From NCBI GenBank assembly GCA_903889905.1, contig CAISZI010000042.1:6000-69999 (forward strand): a DNA stretch of 64,000 nucleotides. The letters run 5' to 3'. The notes under the pieces are model-generated. The model saw only the letters and a list, made by a program, of their open reading frames with translations, was not told the DNA's origin and ran no database searches. Below are positions 18,486 through 29,049 of this stretch, piece by piece. The first letter of the stretch is position 1. Each line of letters starts with the position of its first letter. Both the position numbers and the translations under genes were made by a program. The DNA comes from Candidatus Wirthbacteria bacterium (lineage in GTDB: Bacteria > Patescibacteriota > CG2-30-54-11).

Positions 18486-19634
18486 CTACACCTTCTTCCT
18501 CAGCCCCACCGTATTAATCGTGGCCTGGACTTCACCGACTTTTTTATCCCGATGGAGATTGAGTCCCTGAACCAGACCAACCATGGCCATGGTCACCCAC
18601 AGTGAGCTGCCACCGGCACTAATGAATGGCAGTGGAATGCCTGTGACCGGCATAATGTTGAGATTCATGGCAATGTTGATAAAGGCCTGCGCAAAAATGA
18701 CGACAAACGCGCCGATTGCCAAAAATCGCGCAAAATTATCCGTGGCGCGGCTCGCAGTGTGCAAAATGCGCCACAACAAAACGACGTAAAGCGCAATCAG
18801 GATAACCGCTCCCACCATGCCCAGTTCCTCGGCAATGACGCTGAAGATAAAGTCGGTGTGCCGCACCGGCAAAAATTTGTATTGGCTTTGTGTGCCTTGC
18901 CCCAGGCCAACCCCAAAAACACCCCCCGCACCGATCGCCACCAGTGCCTGCAAGACGTTGTAGCCCGTGCCTTTGGCGTCACGTGAGGGATCGAGAAAAA
19001 TCAAGATGCGTTCCTGCTGGTACGGCTTGAGCCGCGGCCACATCAGCGGCCCGCCAGCGACGGACGTGACCGCGATCAAAAGCAGGTGTTTCCAGGGAAC
19101 TCCAATCCCGACCAGCATGCCAAACCACAATACCAGCAGTACAATCGCCGTCCCCAGATCCGGTTCGACAAGGATGAGCACCGCCGGCGGGATCAGGATC
19201 ACGCTCGCCAGGCCAATGAAGTGCCAGGCCGAGGCAAACCGGCTGCGGTTGGCCATGACCGCGCACAGGACGATAAGCAGGCTGAATTTGGCAAATTCCG
19301 ACGGCTGCAGCGAGGTAAACCCGAGGTTGATCCACCGCCTCGCGCCCAACCTGGCATCACCAATGACAAGCACAGCGAGCAGCGACAATATCGTCAGGAC
19401 GTAGAGAACGATCGAAAGTGGCTTGAGAATACGGTAATTGACGTAGGTAAAAACAACATACAGGAACAGCCCCAATACCGCATAAATCAGCTGCAGTTGA
19501 AAAGCGCCACGGCCCTCCAGTGCGGTGGTGGCGTTGATCGTGGTGCTGTAGATCATCACCAGGCCAAACACCAGCAGTAGCACCATACTGATGAACATGA
19601 CAAAATCAATTTCCCAAAACTTCTGTTTATTCAT
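18486..19634 (-). CDS. ftsW: SEDS-family peptidoglycan glycosyltransferase (FtsW/RodA/SpoVE).
   Basis: 382 aa, with about 10 TM segments. It has the conserved SEDS signature region around GDARLGARRWINLGFTSLQPSEFAKFSLLIVL. A GGATGA Shine-Dalgarno-like element is upstream. I cannot distinguish FtsW from RodA on sequence alone. Confidence 0.88.
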   Translation of the reverse strand: MNKQKFWEIDFVMFISMVLLLVFGLVMIYSTTINATTALEGRGAFQLQLIYAVLGLFLYVVFTYVNYRILKPLSIVLYVLTILSLLAVLVIGDARLGARRWINLGFTSLQPSEFAKFSLLIVLCAVMANRSRFASAWHFIGLASVILIPPAVLILVEPDLGTAIVLLVLWFGMLVGIGVPWKHLLLIAVTSVAGGPLMWPRLKPYQQERILIFLDPSRDAKGTGYNVLQALVAIGAGGVFGVGLGQGTQSQYKFLPVRHTDFIFSVIAEELGMVGAVILIALYVVLLWRILHTASRATDNFARFLAIGAFVVIFAQAFINIAMNLNIMPVTGIPLPFISAGGSSLWVTMAMVGLVQGLNLHRDKKVGEVQATINTVGLRKKV

Positions 19635-19646
19635 AAATCATCCGCG

Positions 19647-20414
19647 TTATTGCTGCCGGGTCAAAAACTCCTGCGCCAGCACCCGGTAGGCACGTGCCCC
19701 CAGACTGTAGGCATCGTATTCGATAATGGAACGGCCAAAACTCGGTGCCTCGGCCAGACGGACATTGCGCGGGATGACAGTATTGAAGAGCTTGTCGCCA
19801 AAAAATTTACGCACTTCATTGACCACTTCCTTGGCCAGATTGGTACGACCATCAAACATGGTCAGCACAGCGCCTTCGATGGCCAATTCGGGATTGAGGT
19901 TGGCGGCGATTTTCTCGGTCGTAGAAAGCAGTTGGCCCAAACCATCGAGGGCATAATATTCGCACTGCACCGGCACCAGCAGGCGCTGCGCCGCGACCAG
20001 GCCGCTGATCGTGAGCAAACCCAGCGAAGGCGGGCAATCAATGATGATGTAATCATAAAGTGGTTTGACTTTGTCCAATGCTTCCTTGAGTCTAAACTCA
20101 CGTCGTGCCATTGGGACAAGTTCGATTTCGGCAGCAGCCAGATCAAGGTTGGTTGCGGCAATGTCGACATTGGGACTCGACGATCTCAAAATGACATCGG
20201 TGATCGGGACGCTGTTTACCAGCACATCATAAATACTCAATTTGAGTTCGCGACGATCGAGGCCAATACCGGAACTGGAGTTGCCCTGCGGATCAATGTC
20301 CACAAGCAGAACCTTCTTGCCGAGTTCACCCAGGGCAAAGGTCAGATTGATGCTGGTGGTAGTTTTGCCAACTCCACCTTTTTGATTGGCAATGGCAAAA
20401 ATTTTGGCTGGCAT
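19647..20414 (-). CDS. parA: ParA/Soj-family chromosome-partitioning ATPase.
   Basis: 255 aa. It has the deviant Walker A KGGVGKTTTSINL and the motifs DIDPQGNSS and IIIDCPPSLG, giving Soj/ParA-type full-length similarity. No parB is adjacent. Confidence 0.92.
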   Translation of the reverse strand: MPAKIFAIANQKGGVGKTTTSINLTFALGELGKKVLLVDIDPQGNSSSGIGLDRRELKLSIYDVLVNSVPITDVILRSSSPNVDIAATNLDLAAAEIELVPMARREFRLKEALDKVKPLYDYIIIDCPPSLGLLTISGLVAAQRLLVPVQCEYYALDGLGQLLSTTEKIAANLNPELAIEGAVLTMFDGRTNLAKEVVNEVRKFFGDKLFNTVIPRNVRLAEAPSFGRSIIEYDAYSLGARAYRVLAQEFLTRQQ

Positions 20415-20417
20415 AAT

Positions 20418-21320
20418 TCAGATCCTTGTTTGGTTGGCATAATTTTCGCGCAGTTGCTGCAGCATCGAGGGTATAATCGCAAGCAAATCATCGCCCATCA
20501 TCCCACGTTTTTTGTCTTGCTTCTGCCAGCTTTGACCTGTCATGGCGTGGACAAAAACGCCCGCTTTGGAGGCATTAGCTGGACTTAGGCCCTGGGCAAG
20601 CAGCCCGCCAATCATCCCGGCCAGCACATCTCCCGTACCCGCCACAGACAGTGCCGGAATGTCGGCATCATTGACCCATGACTGCCCGTCTGGCAGCGCA
20701 ATCACGGTGTCGGCGCCCTTGAGCACCATCACAGCGCCATAAAGTTTAGCATATTTGAGCGCCAAATGCAGTCTGTTTTGCTGCAGCTCAGCCATCGTGA
20801 TTTTGGTCAAACGGCAAAACTCCTTGGGGTGGGGAGTGAGAACAGGCACGGATTTCCAAGCAGTCGCTAAGTTCTCGAGGATGTGCCCGTCCACAGCGTT
20901 AAGTCCGTCTGCATCCAGCACCACAGGAAGTGCCATGGATTGGGCTGATTTCAGGAGCAGTTGCACCAGGTCAGTGCGTTGTGTCGGATTTCCCCATCCC
21001 GGCCCAATTATCAAGGCTTGATATTTGTCGAGGCCAAGCGTCGCCATTGGATCTTGTTCACCGCTTAGCCAGTGATACGTAAAACCCAGCTGTCGCAGTG
21101 TGACAAAGGCTTTCAGTCTTTCATCCAACCCTAGCGACACCAAACCGGCTCCCACGCGATAAGCTGCCGTGGCGGCAAGCAGCGGCGCGCCAATAAATTG
21201 CTCCGATCCACCCACGACAAGCACACTACCATAACTACCTTTGTGGCCGTGTGCGGCAATACCAGGCAGAAGTGGAGCGACGATCGCAGTACTTAAAATT
21301 GAGGGCAAAGCAGTATTCAC
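20418..21320 (-). CDS. ADP-dependent (S)-NAD(P)H-hydrate dehydratase (YjeF C-terminal / carbohydrate-kinase-like domain).
   Basis: 300 aa. The HKGSYGSVLVVGGSEQFIGAPLLAATAAYRVGAGLV motif and a C-terminal GDVLAG are typical of Nnr2/YjeF-C. Confidence 0.8.
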   Translation of the reverse strand: MNTALPSILSTAIVAPLLPGIAAHGHKGSYGSVLVVGGSEQFIGAPLLAATAAYRVGAGLVSLGLDERLKAFVTLRQLGFTYHWLSGEQDPMATLGLDKYQALIIGPGWGNPTQRTDLVQLLLKSAQSMALPVVLDADGLNAVDGHILENLATAWKSVPVLTPHPKEFCRLTKITMAELQQNRLHLALKYAKLYGAVMVLKGADTVIALPDGQSWVNDADIPALSVAGTGDVLAGMIGGLLAQGLSPANASKAGVFVHAMTGQSWQKQDKKRGMMGDDLLAIIPSMLQQLRENYANQTRI

Positions 21321-21324
21321 GGGC

Positions 21325-22611
21325 TTATTTTAACTTGGGCAGGCTAAAACTAAAAGCACTGCCACGGCTGACTTCAGAATCCACCCAGATCTTGCCCCCA
21401 TGCGCTTCGACGATCAACCGCGCAATGTATAATCCCAAGCCGACACCTTCGGTATCAAAAGCGCCCAGTACTGATCCACTGCGTTTAAATTTCTGAAAAA
21501 GCATGGTTTTTTCTTTGGGCGTTATCCCCACACCGGTATCCATAATGGTGACCACGACGGCATCCGGAAGCAACGACAATTTGACTTTGATATAGCCATG
21601 TTCGGTAAATTTCAACGCATTACTAAGCAAATTGTTGACCACCTCCCGAATCCGATTTTCATCAAAGGAAAGCTCGATGCCCTGCAGATCCGGAATTTCG
21701 GCCAAAATCTTCAAGTTTTTGGTCTCAAAAGCTGCGGCGTATTGGGTCAATTCAGAGCGCAAAACGCGCGAGATATCCCCCAGTCGAGCATGGATCTTGA
21801 TGCGCCCTTTTTCCATGGATGACGCCATCAGCAGGTTTTCCATAACGGCTTCAAGCTTCTTGATCGAGGCCGAAAGGCGCAAGACAATGGCCCGCTGCTG
21901 GTCATTGAGACGTTTCTCCGGGTCACTGAGCAAAAAGTCGGTATAACCTTTGATCGACGATAGCGGTGTGCGCAAATGGTGTGAAGCCAGACCGATAAAT
22001 TCACTTTTTTCCTGATCCACCTGTTCAATCAATTCCCGTTCATTCAGCTGTTTGGCGTACTGCTCAAACAAATAACCAATCCAGAAAGCAATAAACAAAA
22101 GTAGCCCTGCCTGAGCCAGTACTGCTGTAAACCCACTGGCCAGATTTGCCTGACCATTCACACTCAGCAAAGATCCCGCGAGCATCATGCCATAACTGCC
22201 TCCGGCAATCATCAACCCTTCTTTCATCCCCATTTCCAGGCTGGCAAGCATGACCGGATAGATCAGGCAAACAAGCAGCGGTGAGCCAACCCCACCCGTC
22301 GCGGCCACGGCCACGGCACCAAAAAAAGCCAGCAACCAGTTACGAAATGGCCCAATAACTTTGGAATCATAAGGTGCATTGGTCATTAGTCGTCGATGCG
22401 ACGTATAAACCACCCCCATGGCCAGACTGCTGCCGATCACCAATAATTTGGTTAGAGGCGCTGGCGGCAGGAGAGCACCGCAGATCAGCAGCACGACAAA
22501 AAAGAACCAGCTGAACTGGTCGATAAAACGGTAAATCAGATTGGATTCATTTTTTTCTGGCATGGAGCGCGCTATCCCTTTAGTTTTATTGCGGTAATTT
22601 AATTTGGCCAT
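21325..22611 (-). CDS. Sensor histidine kinase, membrane-bound and orphan.
   Basis: 428 aa. It has N-terminal TM helices, an H-box (HHLRTPLSSIKGYTDFL) and an HATPase_c domain (NLLSNALKFT ... GVGLGLYIARLIVEAHGG). No response regulator is in the window. Confidence 0.85.
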   Translation of the reverse strand: MAKLNYRNKTKGIARSMPEKNESNLIYRFIDQFSWFFFVVLLICGALLPPAPLTKLLVIGSSLAMGVVYTSHRRLMTNAPYDSKVIGPFRNWLLAFFGAVAVAATGGVGSPLLVCLIYPVMLASLEMGMKEGLMIAGGSYGMMLAGSLLSVNGQANLASGFTAVLAQAGLLLFIAFWIGYLFEQYAKQLNERELIEQVDQEKSEFIGLASHHLRTPLSSIKGYTDFLLSDPEKRLNDQQRAIVLRLSASIKKLEAVMENLLMASSMEKGRIKIHARLGDISRVLRSELTQYAAAFETKNLKILAEIPDLQGIELSFDENRIREVVNNLLSNALKFTEHGYIKVKLSLLPDAVVVTIMDTGVGITPKEKTMLFQKFKRSGSVLGAFDTEGVGLGLYIARLIVEAHGGKIWVDSEVSRGSAFSFSLPKLK

Positions 22612-23668
22612 GATCGCCGAGGATCAGCTCCAGGCTGCCCTCATCCTGTGATCCCTCAATGACGATATCGCTGCCCAGAATGCTGTGGTTGATGGTTTGG
22701 GGTATTGCCATTATTTTGCCCCCGGGAAGAGCGATGCTGTCTGTAATGGCTGCATTTTCCACCTGGCAACGATCACCAATGGCCACATAAGGACCAATTC
22801 TGGCTTGCCTGAGAACAACGTTCTCACCAATCACCACGGGCCCGGTAATCTCACTGTTTTCAATCACACTGCCGCTGCCAATTTCAATGTTACCGTTCAG
22901 AATCGAGCCTTCACAGGACTTGGCATGATTAGAAGAAACCAGATGATCCAGCAGCAGCCGGTTAGCCGAGAGCAAATCACTCGGGCGACCAGTGTCTTTC
23001 CACCATTCCGTGATCACCGAATAAGTCACGGCATAGCCCTGGTCAATCAGCCATTGGTTAGCTGGTGGAATGTCCATCTCGGCAATGGTGCGCGGCGGTT
23101 TGGGCGGAGTAGGTTGAATGTGTTTGATAGCTTCAAAAATTGACGCGTCATAAAACTGGATACCGGTGATCGCGAGGTCACTGACAAAGTCAGCTGGTTT
23201 CTCCACAGTTTTGATGACTTTGTTCCCTTCCACCACCGCCACCCCAAACTGGGCTGGATTGTCGACTTTGACCAGACAGAGATGGCAGCTGGACTGGAGC
23301 TCGTTAAACTTCTGTAAATGGGGCGCCAGTCCACCTGCCAAAACATTGTCGCCATAGTAAAAAACAAACGGCGAACTCCCAATCAATGCTTCTGCCAGTT
23401 GCAGCACATTACCCAAACCCTTGGGTTCCTGCTGACGGATGTACGTGATATGAATCCCCCAGCTGCTGCCATCGCCGACAATCGTCGGCAATTCTGTGTC
23501 ATCCGCATTGATGTTGATGATCACGTCGGTAATGCCGATGTCACGGACATTTTCGATTGCCCGGAACAGCAAGGGTTTGTTGCCAATCGGCACCAGGTGC
23601 TTGTTGAGCGTGTTGGTAATAGGTCGCAATCGAGTCCCACGCCCGCCGGCAGTGATCAGCGCTTTCAT
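22586..23668 (-). CDS. Sugar-phosphate nucleotidyltransferase with a C-terminal left-handed beta-helix domain (glucose-1-phosphate thymidylyl/uridylyltransferase-like, long form).
   Basis: 360 aa. It has an N-terminal NTP_transferase motif (LITAGGRGTRLRPITNTLNKHLVPI) and C-terminal hexapeptide repeats (IGENVVLRQARIGPYVAIGDRCQV). Confidence 0.78.
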   Translation of the reverse strand: MKALITAGGRGTRLRPITNTLNKHLVPIGNKPLLFRAIENVRDIGITDVIININADDTELPTIVGDGSSWGIHITYIRQQEPKGLGNVLQLAEALIGSSPFVFYYGDNVLAGGLAPHLQKFNELQSSCHLCLVKVDNPAQFGVAVVEGNKVIKTVEKPADFVSDLAITGIQFYDASIFEAIKHIQPTPPKPPRTIAEMDIPPANQWLIDQGYAVTYSVITEWWKDTGRPSDLLSANRLLLDHLVSSNHAKSCEGSILNGNIEIGSGSVIENSEITGPVVIGENVVLRQARIGPYVAIGDRCQVENAAITDSIALPGGKIMAIPQTINHSILGSDIVIEGSQDEGSLELILGDHGQIKLPQ

Positions 23669-23670
23669 GC

Positions 23671-24204
23671 TTACTCCTGAGGTTCCAATAGACCATATTC
23701 ACCATCTTCACGGCGGTAAACCACGGCCACTTTGCTCGTGTCACGGTTGAGAAAAACAAAAAAGTCATGGTCCAGTTGTTCCATTTCCTCGATTGCATCC
23801 GAGGCAAACATGGGTTTGACTTTGAAGGACTTACGTCTGGCCAGCAAGGTCTCAAGGGCGACAGGAAGTTCAGCATCGCCGGCTTTGGGTGCGCCTTTGT
23901 GCTGCGTCGCCTTGTCTTTGAATTTGAGCACCTGGCGTTTGAGTTTGTCCAGCGCCAGATCGAATGTTTCCACCACTTGTGCGGCTTTTTCTTCGGCACG
24001 GATGTGGCTGTGGCCGATTTGAATGTCTAGGTTCACGGCAAAGGCTTTGTCCTTGTTGACCACGGTGGGTCGATGATCAATTGTAATGGTGCCATGCGTG
24101 ACGGATTCAGGAAGCAGTTTGGTGACTTTGTCGAGCTTTTCCTGCATTTTGGTCCGCGTGTCAGCGGGCAGGGTAAAATTCCGGGAATCTACAATCCATT
24201 GCAT
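23671..24204 (-). CDS. hpf: Ribosome hibernation promoting factor (long HPF / RaiA family).
   Basis: 177 aa. It has an S30AE N-domain plus the C-terminal dimerisation domain (FVFLNRDTSKVAVVYRREDGEYGLLEP). Confidence 0.85.
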   Translation of the reverse strand: MQWIVDSRNFTLPADTRTKMQEKLDKVTKLLPESVTHGTITIDHRPTVVNKDKAFAVNLDIQIGHSHIRAEEKAAQVVETFDLALDKLKRQVLKFKDKATQHKGAPKAGDAELPVALETLLARRKSFKVKPMFASDAIEEMEQLDHDFFVFLNRDTSKVAVVYRREDGEYGLLEPQE

Positions 24205-24214
24205 ATCGTCTCCT

Positions 24215-25492
24215 TTATTTTTGAATGAGCAATTCGCGACCGCCTAAATATTGACGGAGAGCCTGCGGGATACGGATGTTGCCGTCTTCGGTCTGGTGAT
24301 TTTCGAGCAATGCGATCAGGCCACGGCTGATGGCAATCGCGGTCCCATTTAAAGTGTGCACCAAGGCAGTTTTACCATCCGGCGTGCGGTATTTGACATT
24401 GAGCCGACGGGCCTGGTAGTCGGTACAATTGCTGCAGCTGGTCACTTCGCCAAAGTCGCCCTGCTCGCCGCGTCCTGGCATCCAGGCTTCTACGTCGTAT
24501 TTGCGGTAAGCCACGGCGCCCATATCACCATCACAAATTGCAACCACGCGATAAGGGATCTCAAGCCCCTGAAAAACCTTTTCCTCAATCGACAAAATAT
24601 ACTGGTGCATGGCTTCGGACTGTTCTGGGAGCGCATAGATGAACATCTCAACTTTGTCAAAATGGTGTACGCGGTATAAACCCTTGGAAAAACGGCCGTA
24701 ATTCCCGGCTTCGGTGCGGTAACATTCTGAAATCCCGGCGAATTTAGCAGGGAGTGAAGCCGCTGGCAAAACCTCACCCGAGAAATACCCGCCAATGGAT
24801 ATTTCAGAAGTGGCAATCATCGCGAGGTCAGAATTTTCGATCGAGTAAATCTGGGTTTCTGCGCCACGCGGGTTATAGCCCGTGCCATCCAGTACGGTTT
24901 TGGTCGCCAGCACTGGTGTTTTGATCGGTGAAAAACCTTCAGCCACCAACAGGTTAATCGCGTATTGCTTCAGAGCCAACTCCAACAACACGGCTTCATT
25001 TTTCAAAAAATAAAACTTCGAGCCTGCCACTTTGGCGGCCCGGTCAAAATCAATCAGCTCCAATGCTTCGCCCAGCGCCACATGGTCTTTGGGCGCAAAG
25101 GAAAACTTGGGAATCGTGCCCCAGCGGCGCACTTCCACGTTATCGGCGTCAGATTTGCCAGACGGGACTTCGGGCGAAAGCAGGTTTGGCACATCACGCA
25201 CCAAAGCCTGATAACTCGCCTCCAGCTCAGTCAAACCGGATTCAAGATTTTCGAGTTCAACCTTGATCGATTTTACCTGCGACACAGTTTCCTGCCTCTC
25301 GTCGGCGGACATTTTGGCAATTTGTTCGCTCAGCGAGTTGCGCTTGGCACGCAGCATGTCCACCTGCTGAATCGAGGAGCGCCGCTGCTCGTCAACCTGC
25401 AACAAACCGTCGAGGTCAACTTTCACATGGCGACGCTCAATGACGTTACGAATCTCATCCTGATGCTCACGAATGTAGGACATTTCCAGCAT
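24215..25492 (-). CDS. serS: Seryl-tRNA synthetase.
   Basis: 425 aa. It has an N-terminal coiled-coil arm and class II aaRS motifs, including GTAIAISRGLIALLENHQ. Confidence 0.95.
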   Translation of the reverse strand: MLEMSYIREHQDEIRNVIERRHVKVDLDGLLQVDEQRRSSIQQVDMLRAKRNSLSEQIAKMSADERQETVSQVKSIKVELENLESGLTELEASYQALVRDVPNLLSPEVPSGKSDADNVEVRRWGTIPKFSFAPKDHVALGEALELIDFDRAAKVAGSKFYFLKNEAVLLELALKQYAINLLVAEGFSPIKTPVLATKTVLDGTGYNPRGAETQIYSIENSDLAMIATSEISIGGYFSGEVLPAASLPAKFAGISECYRTEAGNYGRFSKGLYRVHHFDKVEMFIYALPEQSEAMHQYILSIEEKVFQGLEIPYRVVAICDGDMGAVAYRKYDVEAWMPGRGEQGDFGEVTSCSNCTDYQARRLNVKYRTPDGKTALVHTLNGTAIAISRGLIALLENHQTEDGNIRIPQALRQYLGGRELLIQK

Positions 25493-25611
25493 GTATTCTT
25501 ACTCCTTGATAACACAAGCGAGTGGTTACACCTCCGGCACACAACCATGCTTGGCCAGTTTCGCCTGCTAGATTGCAGAATTAATGAGCTGTTGATGCAA
25601 GTCCATGCAGC

Positions 25612-26745
25612 CTATTTATTGCCTCTTTTGTCGTCATGGGGAGCAATGGGTGTGGGGCTGATCGGACGATTTTTGCGCAGGAAAGCCGGGACTTCCAGTT
25701 CGTCTTCGTCCACGGCCTGGAGCGGCACATGATCGATACGTTGCACTGCCTGGACACGTTCTACCAGTTGCGGCGAATCAAGATTTTGGCTATTAAAACC
25801 AGCGGCAATAACCGTGACTTTGATCTTGCCTTTCATGTTTTCGTCAACCACCGCACCGAAGATGATATTGGCATCGGGATCGGCGGCATCGGCGATGATT
25901 TGCGCGGCGTTGTTGATTTCTTTCATGCCCATGTCCGGGCCACCGACGATATTGAACAGCACGCCTTTGGCGCCATGAATGCTGACTTCCAGCAGTGGGC
26001 TCGAGATGGCGGCTTTGGCAGCGTCCACGGCACGGTTTTCATCACTGCCGTAACCAATGCCCATAAGGGCAGAACCGGCATTTTCCATGATTGTGCGCAC
26101 GTCGGCGAAGTCGACATTGATCAAACCGGGCAAAACAATCAAATCCGAAATACCCTGCACACCCTGGCGCAACACATCGTCGACCAAACGGAAGGCATCC
26201 AGGAATGAGGTATTGTCATCGGCAATCTGCAAGACGCGGTCATTGGGAATCGTGATCAGGGTGTCGACATGCTGGCGCAAATCCTTAATCCCCTGTTCGG
26301 CAACCGTACGGCGGCGGGCGCCTTCAAATGAAAACGGCTTGGTGACCACGGCAACGGTCAAAACGCCCAACTGACGGGCAATTTCAGCCAAAACCGGCGC
26401 AGAACCCGTCCCGGTCCCACCACCCATGCCAGCGGTGATGAAAATCATGTCTGCACCTTTGATGATCTCGGTCAGGTCTTCGCGGCTTTCTTCGGCTGCC
26501 TTACGGCCCATTTCCGGATTTGCACCCGATCCCAACCCTTTGGTGACTTTGGCACCAATTTGCACTTTATGTTTGGCTTCGGCAATTTGCAGTGCCTGCA
26601 GGTCTGTATTAACGGCGATAAAATCAATGCCTTTCACCCCTAAACGCACCATCTGGTTAACGGCATTGGAGCCCCCACCACCCAGGCCAATTACTTTTAT
26701 TTTGGCGAAATTATTGACCAAAGATGTCGTCTCTGAGTCGCTCAC
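25612..26745 (-). CDS. ftsZ: Cell division GTPase FtsZ.
   Basis: It has the tubulin signature GGGTGTG ([17 protein letters not shown]) and a GGGGSNAV motif. I moved the start to the GTG at 26745 because AGGAGG sits 5 nt upstream (tttcAGGAGGttaacGTG). The 413-aa reading in the ORF track would run through the ftsA C-terminus. Confidence 0.93.
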   Translation of the reverse strand: MSDSETTSLVNNFAKIKVIGLGGGGSNAVNQMVRLGVKGIDFIAVNTDLQALQIAEAKHKVQIGAKVTKGLGSGANPEMGRKAAEESREDLTEIIKGADMIFITAGMGGGTGTGSAPVLAEIARQLGVLTVAVVTKPFSFEGARRRTVAEQGIKDLRQHVDTLITIPNDRVLQIADDNTSFLDAFRLVDDVLRQGVQGISDLIVLPGLINVDFADVRTIMENAGSALMGIGYGSDENRAVDAAKAAISSPLLEVSIHGAKGVLFNIVGGPDMGMKEINNAAQIIADAADPDANIIFGAVVDENMKGKIKVTVIAAGFNSQNLDSPQLVERVQAVQRIDHVPLQAVDEDELEVPAFLRKNRPISPTPIAPHDDKRGNK

Positions 26746-26776
26746 GTTAACCTCCTGAAAGAAAGTAGGTGTTAGC

Positions 26777-28045
26777 TTAAGGAAAAAAGGACTTTTTGAC
26801 CCATTTGCGGATCTTGCCAAACCCGGTAAACCACATCTGCATGGGCGAAACACGGATCAATTCGCGCTGTTCACGGGCTTTGATCCCCCACAGTATTAAC
26901 CCAACCGGAGTAACAAATGCCGGCGATTCTATGCCATCCGTCAGGCCTAGGACATTGAGTGGCTTGCCAATTCGGGAAGGCAATCCCAAATTAACTTTGG
27001 CAACTTCGGAGATACCAGGCAGCAACGATCCCCCACCGGTGAGGACGACACCCCCTGCCAGTAATCCCTGTTGACCAGATTTTTTGATTTCCTTGGCTAC
27101 CATGTCAAAAATTTCATTTAAACGCGCTTCCACAATTTGATTGAGCGATTCGCGTGCCACGAGGCCACCTTTTTCGACACCGTAAGCGTCCAGATCGATC
27201 GAATCGCCATTTTTGCTGACGTCTTCAAACAAAGTGCCTTCTTCAAAAACTGTGATCGGCTGATAAGCTTCTTTCTTGATCTTCTCGGCCACGGCAAAAG
27301 GTACGCGGAGACCGATGGCGAGATCGTTCGTAATATGGCTGCTGCCAATCGGTAACACCGTACTATGCCAGATGCTGCCTTCGACAAAAATGGCAATATC
27401 GGTTGATCCGCCACCAATATCGAGCAGGCAAACACCCAATTCTTTATCATCTTGATTGAGTACCGCTTCGGCTGCAGCGAGTGGGCTCATGACGATTTCT
27501 TCAACTTCCACACCGGTCTGGGCCACACATTTGGCCAGATTGCGTACCGCTGAAGAAGCGGCATTGACCACGTGAGTTTCGACTTCCAGGCGTACGCCAG
27601 TCATACCAGCGGGATTCTGTACGCCTTCCTGGCCGTCGACAACAAAGTTGCGGGGCAAGACGTGTAATACCTCACGGTTCATCGGGAGTGATATGGCCTG
27701 GGCTGCCTCGATCACGCGCGCAACATCCTCATGGGTAATCTCGCCATCGGCACGCGAAACGGCAATCACGCCACGGCTGTTGAGGGACGAAATGTGTCCC
27801 CCGCCGATCGAAATAAACGCCGAATCGATCGGGTACCCGGCCATGCGTTCTGCTTCTTCCAGGGACGCCGAAATCGAGCTGATCGTCTCTTCGATGTTGA
27901 CGACCACCCCTTTACGTATACCTTGGGAGGGAACGTTCCCAATACCAATGATACTCATTTTCCCTGGCTGCCGGGCTTCGGCGACCAGAGTACAAACCTT
28001 TGTTGTACCAACGTCAATTGCCACAATGATGTCAGATTGGGCCAT
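26777..28045 (-). CDS. ftsA: Cell division protein FtsA (actin-like ATPase).
   Basis: 422 aa. It has an actin-fold phosphate-1 motif ([10 protein letters not shown]) and [10 protein letters not shown], and sits immediately upstream of ftsZ. Confidence 0.93.
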   Translation of the reverse strand: MAQSDIIVAIDVGTTKVCTLVAEARQPGKMSIIGIGNVPSQGIRKGVVVNIEETISSISASLEEAERMAGYPIDSAFISIGGGHISSLNSRGVIAVSRADGEITHEDVARVIEAAQAISLPMNREVLHVLPRNFVVDGQEGVQNPAGMTGVRLEVETHVVNAASSAVRNLAKCVAQTGVEVEEIVMSPLAAAEAVLNQDDKELGVCLLDIGGGSTDIAIFVEGSIWHSTVLPIGSSHITNDLAIGLRVPFAVAEKIKKEAYQPITVFEEGTLFEDVSKNGDSIDLDAYGVEKGGLVARESLNQIVEARLNEIFDMVAKEIKKSGQQGLLAGGVVLTGGGSLLPGISEVAKVNLGLPSRIGKPLNVLGLTDGIESPAFVTPVGLILWGIKAREQRELIRVSPMQMWFTGFGKIRKWVKKSFFP

Positions 28046-28080
28046 TGCCCCTCCTTATGAAGCGCAGACTTTTTAACTCG

Positions 28081-29031
28081 TCACTTACCATACACTTTTT
28101 CGAACCGCAAATCAACATATTGCGCAAGTGGATGACCTTGCCGCTGGCCTTCTTTGAGAATATCCGCCAGCCGTTTCAAATCCGAATCCAGCGTATGCGT
28201 ACTGCTGTCTGATTCCGGCATCCTGCCCGGGAAGCGAATCTGTAAATTGCTTTTCAACATCACGCTCAGATCGCCAAATTCACCCATGGCGACATACTGG
28301 ATCGGGTCATTGGGTAAAACATCAGGCAATCGTTCAAACATCGCCACAATCAGGTCAACCATTTCACTATCCGTAACATGCGCACCCGGTCTAAGGTTGA
28401 TCGGTGCCGGTACCGGTGCCGTCGGGGTTGCTGGCGCCGCTGCAGCATTGGTCGTGCCCAGTGCTGGCACTGCTAAAGCTGCCGGTACGGCTGGCACCGG
28501 GGCTGCGGCTGGAGCGGGTGGTGTGACTGGAGTAAGGTTGGGACTGGCGCCAAAGGCATAGACATGGCGTGTAATGGTCTCATCCAGCGGTCCGATCACC
28601 ACGCCATCACGGTCGATCGCATAAGTGGCATCCCCGGTATGCCAGGTTAAAACCGGTGCCTTTTCACTCACTTCAATGGTAATTTTATTGGGAAAAAACT
28701 GGCGTTTGACGGTCACGTTCTGGAGTTGGGGAAATTTGCGTTCGAGCTTGCTTTTGACGTTATACACCGACAGCAAAAAAATATTGCTGCCGGTGATGTT
28801 GCTAAGTTCCGCGGAAATCTGCTCAGACGTAATACGCACATTGCCCTGAATTTCAAAATAATTGACGCGCAGGATATTGGAAAACCACAAATATCCGGCA
28901 CCGATCATCAGTAAAATTACAACCAGTGGCATAAATACATGAAACCAGTTAACGCTGATGTGTGGCCGTTTGCGGCGCACAATGCTGCCACGGATCATGG
29001 GTTTGCGGGTAATCTTTTTTTTGTTGCGCAT
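28081..29031 (-). CDS. ftsQ: Cell division protein FtsQ/DivIB (POTRA domain) with an Ala/Pro-rich linker.
   Basis: 316 aa. A single N-terminal TM (WFHVFMPLVVILLMIGAGYLWF) is followed by a POTRA-like region (VNYFEIQGNVRITSEQI). It lies directly upstream of ftsA. Confidence 0.7.
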   Translation of the reverse strand: MRNKKKITRKPMIRGSIVRRKRPHISVNWFHVFMPLVVILLMIGAGYLWFSNILRVNYFEIQGNVRITSEQISAELSNITGSNIFLLSVYNVKSKLERKFPQLQNVTVKRQFFPNKITIEVSEKAPVLTWHTGDATYAIDRDGVVIGPLDETITRHVYAFGASPNLTPVTPPAPAAAPVPAVPAALAVPALGTTNAAAAPATPTAPVPAPINLRPGAHVTDSEMVDLIVAMFERLPDVLPNDPIQYVAMGEFGDLSVMLKSNLQIRFPGRMPESDSSTHTLDSDLKRLADILKEGQRQGHPLAQYVDLRFEKVYGK

Positions 29032-29049
29032 GGAAGGGTTGCAGGCTGT

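Noticed and set aside
19650-20588. A 312-aa ORF on the plus strand.
   Set aside because: It is antisense to parA and the YjeF-C gene. It has no motifs, whereas the sense-strand proteins are unambiguous.
24965-25732. A 255-aa ORF on the plus strand, plus several 100-300 aa plus-strand ORFs at 31416-32333, 34236-34697 and 46732-47415.
   Set aside because: All are antisense to well-supported minus-strand genes (serS, DUF4012, YvcK and E1) and lack domains.
25612-26853. The long 413-aa ftsZ reading starting at an ATG inside ftsA.
   Set aside because: The N-terminal 36 aa would overlap the ftsA C-terminus and are not FtsZ-like. A GTG at 26745 with a perfect AGGAGG RBS gives a canonical FtsZ N-terminus.
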